DNA of 64,000 nucleotides from Owenia fusiformis (lineage: Eukaryota). Below are positions 16,001 to 28,000 of the stretch, piece by piece. The first letter of the stretch is position 1. Every line of letters starts with the position of its first letter. Where the stretch lies: the NCBI GenBank assembly GCA_903813345.2, contig CAIIXF020000001.1, forward strand, positions 18,600,001-18,664,000, written 5' to 3'. The position numbers and the translations under genes are program-made. The notes beneath the pieces are model-generated. The model ran no database searches. It was not told where the DNA came from and saw only the letters and a program-made list of their open reading frames with translations.

Positions 16001-19000
16001 CTTTCTATCTGCGCTTTATGGCACCTGCTTAATATATTCACAACATTCTATTCTTTCTCTCTGCGTTTTATGGCACCTACATAACATATTCACAACATTG
16101 TATTCTTTCTATCTGCGCTTTATGGCACCTACATAATATATTCAGAACATTGTATTCTTTCTATCTGCACTTTATGGCACCTACATAATATATTCACAAC
16201 AGTGTATTCTTTCTATTTGCGCTTTATGGCACCTACATAATATATTCACAACATTGTATTCTTTCTATCTGCGCTTTATGGCACCTGCTTAATATATTCA
16301 CAACATTCTATTCTTTCTCTCTGCGTTTTATGGCACCTACATAATATATTCACAACATTGTATTCTTTCTATCTGCGCTTTATGGCACCTACATAATATA
16401 TTCAGAACATTGTATTCTTTCTATCTGCGCTTTATGGCACCTACATAATATATTCACAACAGTGTATTCTTTCTATTTGGGCTTTATGGCACCTACATAA
16501 TATATTCACAACATTGTATTTTTTCTATCTGCGCTTTTTGGCACCTACAAAATATATTCACAACATTGTATTCTTTCTATTTGCGCTTTATGGCACCTAC
16601 ATAATATATTCAGAACATTGTATTCTTTCTATCTGCGCTTTATGGCACCTACATAATATATTCACAACATTGTATTCTTTCTATCTGCGCTTTATGGCAC
16701 CTACATAATACATTCACAACATTGTATTCTTTCTATCTGCGCTTTATGGCACCTACATAATATATTCACAACATTGTATTCTTTCTATCTGCGCTTTATG
16801 GCACCTACATAATACATTCACAACATTGTATTCTTTCTATCTGCGCTTTATGGCACCTACATAATATATTCACAACATTGTATTCTTTCTATCTGCGCTT
16901 TATGGCACCTACATAATACATTCACAACATTGTATTCTTTCTATCTGTGCTTTATGGCACCTACATAATATATTCACAACATCCGCTATGTATTTTTCTA
17001 TTTTCATCAAATCAAAGTAAATCAATTTCTGAACAGACCAAGAACTGACCAAGAACTAGTAAAGGGTATTATGAAACAATGTTGATATACTAAATTAAAT
17101 AAAAGAATTGAACAATGTGTAAAGATTCACTGAGAGATCGAAGAGAAAACTGTTTATACTTTTGTGTTTTTAATTTTAACATGTAAAATTGAAACAAATA
17201 TTATGTTTGACCAGGAAAGTTGACCAGGATGATCCATTAAACAATGCCAAACAGTTGATTAATTTGTAAGGGATAATACATATACATGTACATCGACCCA
17301 AAAGGTTTGAAGGAAGAAATAATGAAAGTACTCACCAGTGACATCTTGGAACAGGTTAACAAACTCTCTGAAAACAAAGCAAATGTTAAATGTTTAAGTT
17401 TTTAAGTTGAAGCAAAACAATGTACAAACTTCACATGGGCTGTTTTTATATTTTTTCATGATTTACAATTTACAACAATTGCGAATCATTTAGACATTTA
17501 AAATCATTTAACATGTATCCATCATGTAAATTGCAGATTGGCAATACTTTCGCATGTACATGTACATGCTGAGTTGTTAAAATCAAGTTGACATAGAATC
17601 CCTTAAATCTCAATTAGCTCAAATGGATGCAAGTTTTTTTAACTCATGCATCAATTGCAAGTGGATTCCATCTACAAGACCATGGGGTACAAGAAAGAAT
17701 ATGAGGACTTGCACCCCTAAGAGGTTGTATTTTACATTTACTTCTGGTCCACTTAGCGAGATCAATAGTGCAAGAAAACAGGCAGATAGTTCATTCATGG
17801 AACGAAGCATGAAACTTTCCACATATCATCAGAATACCATTCCCTTTGATTTAAGAGCCAGAGCCATTTTCATGGTCCACTAGAATGGTCAAAAAATAGT
17901 AAGTACCCCCTCCCACCAAATCCTATGGGGGTGGGGAGATATAGGAATATTTTTTTCATAAAAAAATTTCTTTGAATATGGTCATACTACAGTTTTAGTG
18001 TGCTATTTTCATGGTAAAGAAATTTTGCAAACATAACAAGATGATTTATCATTGATTTCCATCACTGTTAAAGACTAATCATGGGCGACGCCCACTTTTC
18101 ATACCTTGAACATTGAGGTTATTAAATCTCTATCATTGGTTTAACAAATGAATGTAATTCAGTTTTCTGGATAACACCAGATACCTTTTTGATGTTAGGT
18201 GCTATAGTTAATCTTAGCATTTGACTTTTTAAAGGCTTACACCATATCACAACCCTGTTTAGAAGAAGAAAGCAAGCAACAAATGTCCCAGATCTACAAC
18301 ATGTATCCACTATTCTATGTACATGTATGTCGAGTCTCTATTTTTTCCTGAAGAGAACCTATGCTACAGATACAACTTTCTAGAATTTAGATGATGATGT
18401 GCTTAAACAGTTTGATGAATGGTGTGCTGACCCATTGCCTAAACAGTTTGATGAATGCCGTGCTGACCAACAGAATGTACCAGTACCAGTGAAAATTTAG
18501 GCTATTAAACCTCTTTCATGGTTTGAACCGGAACCAGAAAAGCCGCCACAGTCACAGCCTGCAGTCTCTAAATTCTCAAGAGAGCCTATACTACATACAC
18601 AGCTGTCCAGAATCTAGATAATGAAGTGATAAAAGTTTGATGAATGGTGTGCTGACCACCAGAATGTACCAGTCTTTAAGTTTTGGTTTCAGATTATTTG
18701 AATCAAAATACTGTGCCTGAACTAAGTGTGGGCTATCAGAGAGGGAAATTTCCCTCTTTCACACTACCCTACCACGTGACCACGTTTAAAAGGGAAACAG
18801 GGTACAGCTAAGTTGCAAATGGAGGACGTGTGTTTAATTCCATATTTCTGAACGTAAAATACATTTTACATTTATTTCTAGTGTTCTACCAGACATAGAA
18901 TTGATTCATCAACCAGTTTGTAGAATATTGTTGGCAAAAAATCATTATAGGCAAAGATAGTTAATAGTCGGCGCAGTGAAGCAAAACTCAAATGCAATAC

Positions 19001-22000
19001 ACGATACATTTCAGTAAATCTATCAACGTACAGGGAGCATGTAAGTTTCCCTTCGAAAATGTTACATTGATATGTAACAAAAAAAACAGTTAACTGTTAT
19101 TTAAACTGCGTGTCATCGTGTTATATGTGGATACGTTTTCTAGTATGTTATTCAAATGTATTTTTGTGAATTAATTGTTTTTCTAAAATCTTACGATGCA
19201 TAAAAAGTCGTCCCAGAAATGTATCTTGACTTTGCCGTAAGGCATAACATATTGCGAAACATTTTTCCTCTTGTCACAAAGAGGATAGTGTTTGTTTCGA
19301 GGTGTCTTGTGATGAGCGTTTCATGATTAAATGCAAAATTACTTGAGCAGATACCATCCAAAAACATCTGACATTCAACACGTCATATAAGACATACATC
19401 GATATACATGGTATTGTTTTTTTTACAATAATAGAGAAATACGACGTCATATCAGCGCTACATATACAGCAAATCGTGAAGAACAAAATGCTCTTAAGTT
19501 TTGAGCAACACATTTTAAATGATCGGTTTTTTAGGACGGCGGTGAATTAGACCATTCAAGGGGTTATATAGAAAGATTCTTCACGTGTTCAGGCAATTTT
19601 AATTATTCTGAATAGCGGATGGTCATTAATACTGATAGCGGATAGTCATTCCTCAACGTGCTCATATTTAATTTTGTTATTTTATTTCAATTTGATACCC
19701 CAGTAACACGCAAATCTAGCGTTCTTGTTAATTGAATGACTAAAATGCATATACGACCTGAAAGCCCGTGTCTAAATCTACAAAATAATGTTTACTTTAT
19801 TTGGATTAAATAACATATTGATGAAACCTCAAAGCATCAACATGCGGCCTTTTTAGCATTATTTTCGCTGTTTGCAACGTAAATGTACATGAGATATGGG
19901 ACATAGTATGTCTGTATAACCAGCTTACTTTCTCGCTCCTTGTACTATTGAACAATTTACATTCCTTGTACCCTGTATTGATCAACTTTTGCAACTGTGT
20001 ACCGTGTACTAAGACATATCAAATATTTTAAAATTTAAAACGATATTATTTACATTATTTCTTCAACTATCATATAACTTGGAACATGGACTTCACTATT
20101 ACACCACTGAAGTTCAGCGAATAGCAATATTGATTCACTCCGAGCACCAAACGTATTAACCTTTTGACTAAGCAGTCGATATACTCAAAAGCGACCTGTT
20201 TGAAAGCCAAAGAATTCGCGCATGCGCGATCGAGGTAGGGTAGTGTGTCTTTATCTCCAGTCAATTAGCAAGCTTGTCACCTGGTTTTTCGTTTTTTGAC
20301 CTTGTCAATATGTTTGCTGAGTACCAGTTCAGTATATCATCAGAACTCAAAGTTCAAAAATGGATAGCTTTTGGAAAAGTAAAAAATTAGAGATATCTCA
20401 CTTCCCATGAAATTGCAGCTGCCCTTTGACATGGTAGGACTATGTGTCTCCCCTTATTTCATGCCCCTACAGGTTCAGACACTATATCTTGATTCCAATC
20501 TTTGAACGTTTTGTTGCGATTTTATACAATAGAGACAACAATGAAATAACTGTAAATGCTGCAAGACAAGAAATGTTCACAAAGAAAACAACTCAAATTG
20601 AGAACATCCCACCATAAGTTGCATAAGTTGGTTCCAGGCAATTATACCTATGTCAGTCCTTGTTTCACCCTCACAATTGAGTTGGGAATCCATTACCACA
20701 AAGGCTGGGAAAAAAACAGTGCTCGACAAAAAGATGAAAGTGCTTTTTTTGTCATTCTAGTGAACCTCAAAAATGGCTCTGGCTCTTAAATCAAAGGGAA
20801 TGGTGTCCTGATGATATCTGAAAAATTGCAAATGCCCCCTCCCATCAAATCCTTTTGTTGATTTTTTTAAATATGATCTATATTCATTTTTAATATGTTA
20901 TTTTCAATGTTTAAAATCAATTTTTAAGATTGCATCCGTATTTCTCATGGATATGATATTCATTATTAAAGCTTGACCGAGGGCGATGCCCACTTTATCA
21001 ACATGTTAATATTCAAGTTAATGAGTCTTCTATTATGGATAGGAAATTTACCTATTTTGTGCATTTAAGCACTTCAACACTCTTATTATCAGTATCACTG
21101 AGCTAGGTGTCATGTCCATTATCTAGATTCTGGACAGCTGTATATGTAGTATAAGCTCTCTTGAGAATTTAGAGACTGCAGTCTTTGACTGTGGCGGCCC
21201 TTCTGGTTCTGGTTCAACCAATGAAAGAGGTTTAATAGCCTAAATGTTCAGCATATGAAAAGTGGGCGTCACCCATGACTGGTCTTTAACAACTATGAAA
21301 ATTAAAGAGAAACCATCTGGAAATAAAGAGGAAAATTCTCCTGTCCTATAGCCCTCACATAGTCAAGGCACAGTATTTCAATTTGAATAATCAGAAACCA
21401 AAGCTTGAAGACTGGTACATTCTTTTGGTCAGCACGGCATTCATCAAACTGTTTAGGCACTTGGTCAGCACGCCATTCATCAAACTGTTTAAGCACATCA
21501 TCATCTAAATTCTGGAGAGTTGTGTCTGTAGCATAGGTTCTCTTCAGGAGAGTATAGAGACTCGACATACATGTACATAGAATAGTGGATACATGTTGTA
21601 GATCTGGGACATTTGTTGCTTTCTTCTTTCTTGTAAACAGGGGTGTGATATGGTCTAAGCCTTTAAGAATGCAAAGATTAATTATAGCACCTTACATCAA
21701 AAAGGTATCTGATGTTATCCAGAAAACCGAATTACATTCATTTGTTCAACCCATGATAGAGATTTGATAACCTAAATGTTCAAGGTATGAAAAGTGGGCG
21801 TCGCCCATGATTAGTCTTTAACAATGATGAAAATCGATGATAAATAATCTTGTTATGTTTGCAAAATTTCTTTACCATGAAAATAGCACTCTAAAACTGT
21901 AGTATGACCATATTCAAAGAAATTTTTTTATGAAAAAAATATTTCGATATCTCCCCACCCCCATGGGATTCGGTGGGAGGGGGTACTTACTATTTTTTGA

Positions 22001-25000
22001 TCATTCTAGTGGACCACAAAAATGGCTCTGGCTCTTAAATCAAAGGGAATGGTATTCTGATGATATGTGGAAAGTTTCACGCTTCGTTCCATGAATGAAC
22101 TATTTTTGCACTATTGATCTCGCTAACTGAGCATCTTTGAATCAAAAATCCTAAAGAGATCATCACGGCAATATGATCTAATACTCTATTTCCATAGCCT
22201 TGTAGTCATGGACTAGCAGTAAATGTACATGTACTTGTATTGTTTAAAGTCATATCTCAAATCTATAAATTGCACACTAACAAACACCCATATTATACTA
22301 AAATAATATCAAGCACACAATCAAAGCTCTTAGCTATGTTGGAGGGGGTGAGACTTGATGAGATTTGTTGAATGTGCGCTTCATGAGTTATGGGTGGTAT
22401 CCCCATATCTAATTTATAAATGATACAATATATATATACATTTCTTTATCGTATGATCTGTAAATGAAGCCCTCTGATTGGTCAGTTCTTGTGCTGTACC
22501 AATCTGTATTGCTACTGAGATTGTCCCCGTTGTTTATCTCCGTCGTAATACACTGTGGCTAGTCGATCTATGTGGATGCAGTCAATTATATGTAATGTAT
22601 CGTGGGTACTCGCGTACATTATAGGGAATGGGATCATTGCAAAAATATGACAGCAAATCGAGGTAAGTGATCTCAGAGTTTCTACTTAACATTGTGACTT
22701 GAAATCTTGCACACATATTCAATATACATAGTATGACAATGTGTGAAAGTTTCAGCTACCATATTCCTGTTATAGGGAAGATATTTGAAAAACATTTCGT
22801 AAACGTCAACATATATGTATAAAATGGATGCACCTATGTATCATTTGGATTCAGAACGGTAACAAATGGATGCTTTAATAAATTTAGGCTAGGCAAATGG
22901 AAGTTTAACATCCCAAAAATTGCAACAGTTTTTAAATTAGGCTTATATTGTATATTGATACCAGTTGAAAAACATATCAAAAATATAGAAAAATATATGC
23001 AGTGGACAAATGTGAAATGTCACATTCTAGGTACCCCCCTCCAAATTTGAGTATGGGATTGTAAATATTTTTTTATTTCAAAATAGAATGCTCTTGTCAA
23101 CTAAACGAGTAATATTATGATAGTTTACTGACATAAGAGCAACTAAAAATTGTTAACCAACTATTTGAGTGCAAAAATTGGCATTTCTAGCCCCAATTAT
23201 CCGAAAATAGGCCATCAAATAGCCCGTATTTAATTTAACAATGTATCTATTTCTGTATCAATTTATCTGAATTGCATGAAAAAAATCAAGGAGGTTATTG
23301 TACACCTGACCATTGTATTTGATAAGTATCAGGGTCATTAAGTGAATATTAAGGGTGAAAATAATATTTGAAATTTCAATATTTTACCACACCCACTTTT
23401 GGGGTGACCTTACTTTTGATTAATTACTTCAAAGATATGTCATATTTGAACTCAATAGCACAACGTAATTATTTGTAAAGGCTTATTTTGTCCTGAAATC
23501 AGTTTTTTGATGTTTTCAGGAAAGAATTGTGTAAAAAAGTAAAAAAAAACAGCAAATGCCAGGTGAAATATAGGGGAAGCCCTACTTTTAGTTGATAACT
23601 GCTAAATTATCAAATGTTTTTCCCTTTAAATTCAATTTGATATATAATATACCTTTTCTGGTAGAACAGAGAACGATTTGTTAGAAATTAAGTAGAATCA
23701 GTGGTCTAAAAATATCCTTGAAAAGGCAACAAAATGTTAAATATCCCTGTCCCTGTCATCAGTTTATTAATACAGTATGAGCCAAAAAAGGTAACCCAAC
23801 CAAATGTTTGTTAATAACCCAGTCATTCAGCATGGGTTTGACATCATATTTGGCACAATTACCTTGTTCAATGTTCTTTCATTCTGCTTAGTGTCATTGA
23901 TCTATCCTTAATAGTCACGATTTTATGGCCATTTACAAACTGTGCTCAAAATATCGAAATGTGCCTAACTGACTGGACATCAATGCCAAGTCAAGTTTTT
24001 TTTATCTGTGGACCTTTCTTCTATACTAGCAACACTTGAAACATTAAAACAAGAGATAAGAATGAAGATGAGAGCCATAACACAAGATTTTTATGCTCTT
24101 GATTTGAACAACTACGCACGATACGTTCAAGTTGGCCTCCAGGCATGACACCCATATTTCATGGCATGGTATAAAATGGCCATAAAATCGTGACCACTAG
24201 AGATAGACCACTGAGATTGGGTAGATTGATAATACATTGACCAAGACTCAACTCATGCAGGATGACTGGACTGAGTTATTAAGATTTGTTTGGGTTACCT
24301 TTTTGGCTCGCCCTGTATTAAGGAAAAATTGTTACTTTTGACTAAGGTGTTCTTAACCTCACAGTGATATTGAGAAATGAAATGAAGAAGTTCAACTGAA
24401 GAATTGGATTTCAAGATGAAATTCAATAATTAATGAGGAAAAGGTTTCTACGTTAATAAATCCTACTGAGTTAACTAGTGTAACACAAAGTAAATCCCTG
24501 GTCTTTATCGGGGTCTTTATACAGGGCATGGTTCGATTACGTTATGTTCATTGTCAAAAAGCTGCCTTAATTTTGTAATCTTAACCGTCATATATGGCAA
24601 CAATCAGTTACAAACTTGTCTATCACCAAACTTCATTAAGGGTGGATCTGGGAACCAACAAGGGGGGGGCAAATTTCAGGTCTGAGAAAAAAACATCTGG
24701 GCTTGCGCGGGAAAAAAAATTTGGGCCCCTAAAACCCTAAATTTTGAAACATTGAGGCCCATTATCTTCAAATGTGGCCTGTAATTAAAAAATAAGGCCT
24801 TAAAAGGCCCACTAATGACCAAAAAGGCCCACTTTTCGGGGCCTTAAGGCCTTTTTCAGGCCCTATTTTTCTCTGGGCCCACCCAAGGGTACCCTGCGTG
24901 CAGAGTCTAGTTAAACTACAGACGAAGACGAAGCTCTCTTTTAAGGAGTGAAGTCAAACGAATGCAAAGGGTAACCCAAGGGGGGGGGTGCGGCCCCCAG

Positions 25001-28000
25001 ATCCGCCAGTGTTCATTATTTAGTCACCATTATTTTCATAATCAGTAATGGAGGTATTTGCACAAATATCAGAAATTGGAGGAAGAACACGGGGCTGCAA
25101 TAATTCAGATCTTGCTGTTCTCTTTTAATAGAATTTTTGAAGCCTAAGTTCAGTTAGGGTTTCACCGTTTTTCCACCTTAAATTGACAAAAGAGCATGTT
25201 CCTCTGCAATGACAGAGTTGCTTGCATTTCACTGGTTTCCACTTAATTACGTTGTAACAAAATGTCGGAACATCGAAGGTATGATTTTTCTTTTTTCCTT
25301 ATTTCACACGTTGTAGGCAGAATTTCCACAACATTGTTATCACAAAATTGTATCAGTATTATGTGTTTAAAAAATGTACATATTTGCGAACAAATAGTTC
25401 AGAAGACAACAGAATCGTCGATTTAATTCCTCACTTTATTTACATAAACGGTATTTCGATAAACAGTTAAGATCTGCACTTTTGACCCAAATCGTTTATG
25501 TAACTTAGTAAGGAATTAAATCAACAATTCTGTTGTCTTCTGAGCTATTTTTGCGCAAACATGTACATTTTCTAAAACATATGATACTGATACACGATCA
25601 CGATGGTAAGAAAAAACATCGTGGGGATTCTGCCTATAACGCGTGAAAAAAAGAAAAAAGAAAAATCGTACCTTCGACGTTTAGACATTTTGTTACCGAA
25701 ACGACCCATTTGGTAATTTAAAAACAACCGCTTGTTTTCTCAAGAACTCTATCTTTTTTATCTGCCTCAATGATAGCTTCTTGGTTATGCCAGGTATAAC
25801 CAGAATGCGGTGTCACACCCCAGAAAAGATAAACAAAAGACAATCTTATTTCATTTATATTCCAACATTTTGTTTCTTGGGTTACTGCTTTTGGTTCAGG
25901 TTTGAGGAAAATGTTGAAGTTTGTGTACACAAGGAGATCTGTATGAGAACTGTATTTGAGGTTTGGACACTTTGGATTACAGTTTTCACAATCACAATAT
26001 CTGCATCCGATTCTGAATGTAGCACATGCACACTCAATGTTTTCCAACCTGACAGACAGAATTACCATCATTCCTACGCACTGAAATTATATTAATGAAA
26101 GACTCCCCAGATATCTGAGATTTAAATGTGCTCTATCAGTTTAAATTCCGTTTAATAACCATAAATTAGTTTCTACAGCATTATACATCCAATTGATAGT
26201 TCCATAGTAATGTACTCCTATGTGATGATTTATTTATCTGATGGATTTAAATATATGCAAATTTTGTAATTGCGGATTGTAATTAATAATTTTAATTTAA
26301 ACAATATTAAATTGCACAGAAACTACAACTTACATTATTTATTTAGATAAGCCTAGTATATCAGTTATCAAATACCCTAATACCCTAATATCAAAGTGGT
26401 GATTTGTAATTATTCATCAAATAAAAGTGAGGTCACCTTAACATTTCACCTGGTGCAACTAATAATTCCTATTTTTCATACTAATAAGGTATAAACCTTC
26501 ACAAAACTTGTATTTTAGATGATGACAAGCCTATATAAACGATTTAGATGTCAACTCTAACACAAATGTGATGCATTGTGGGAGTTAGTCATAAAAACTA
26601 TAGTCTCCCCTATAGTGGGTGGGGCAAAACTATGAAAATGAAGTAATTTTTTTCTTCCTAAGTATACACGTTAGAATTCTGACACTCTCCAAATATGAAG
26701 TTCATATGAATATGTAACACCATGATTTTTTTCATGTTTTTCTGACAAACTGATCCTAAAATATCTAAATAGATATGTGATAACATGCCTGTTTTGTGCC
26801 TATTTTGTTATACTTTGGGGTCAAATGACCAATTACTGGTCTCAAAAATGATTAAAATAATATTTTAATTATTTGTGAATATGTTATCTATCATAATAAA
26901 GCTTGAATACTTGACTAAAGTATTCCATTTGGGAAGAAAAAATTGTTTCCTACCAATACTCAATTTTGGGGTAGGGCTGTAGGGGGTACCTAGGAAGTGA
27001 AATTTCATATTTGTCCACTGCATACATTTTTCTATACTTTTGATATGTTTTTCAACTGATATCAATACATAATATAAGACTAATTTAAAAACTGTTGCAA
27101 TTTTTGGGATGTTTGGGCCTTTTATGAGCCCATTTGCTTAGCCTAATTATACTTTTATCATAATGATTTATTTACTGATGGACAACTGGCCAAATTTTCT
27201 TTGTATCCATTGTTTGGATAAACATTCCTCATTCAGTAAAGTAATTAGCCACCCCATTACAAGTAGTCTAAAGACACCCTCATGAAAAATTGAAAATAAT
27301 ATATATAAACCCATCAACTGGAAAATGCCATTACAGATGAAATAAAGGACCCACGGTCCTGTGCTCACACTGTGTAGAACCTTCAGAGGAATGTATATCC
27401 TGATTTTCAAACAAAAGTATTGGTAAATATGAGATCAATAAAAGATGAGTCCTTTGTTGTTGGTTCAGATATGATTTGTTGTAGTCAAAGGAAAAACTAT
27501 GAATTTGACCTAGATTTTGACCTAGGCCTTTTAGTGTCCAAATTAAGTAGATTTTGAGGACGGCTTCTATTGTAGATTCTTATTAAGTTGGCTGCATCCA
27601 AGCTGTACCAGTGTTGTGTTGTTACAATTGATAATTTTCTCAAGCCCCATTGACTTAACATGGGATACCAAAATAGCGATTCGGATCAAAATCTGGTTTG
27701 CAGATTCGGATTTCTTGGACAATTCTACACATATTTCATAACTTATACATTGAATTCCAAGAACTTTTTATTGTGACCTACTTTTCGGATGCCATATCTC
27801 AAAAACGGTAAGAGTGATCAAAAACAACTTGCCTGTAGGGATTAGCTTTTTTCCAAGGAACATGATTAAAAAAACGGAGCAAAAATATTGAAAGACGACT
27901 GAGAAAATTGAAAAAATGACAAAGTACTGGATTTGACCTAGTTCTTGACCTTTGACCTAGATTAAACCTGATTAGACCTAGATCTGGACTTGGACCTGAA

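Larger units (their letters stand above)
22887..27143. mobile_element. TA-flanked long-TIR DNA element, superfamily unassigned, hosting several nested MITEs
   Basis: TA|GGCTAGGCAAATGG ... CCATTTGCTTAGCC|TA; inverted similarity is strong for about 180 bp and degenerate to about 700 bp (23600 vs 26400). Confidence 0.75.

Noticed and set aside
11593-16982. CRISPR-like appearance of the 52-bp array
   Set aside because: Units are contiguous with no unique spacers, there are no cas genes, and the context is a eukaryotic intron.
18762-20245. CACTA/EnSpm reading of the nested element (CACTA...TAGTG)
   Set aside because: The inverted match extends two more bases to CACAC/GTGTG, where a clean 5-bp TSD and the empty site fit.
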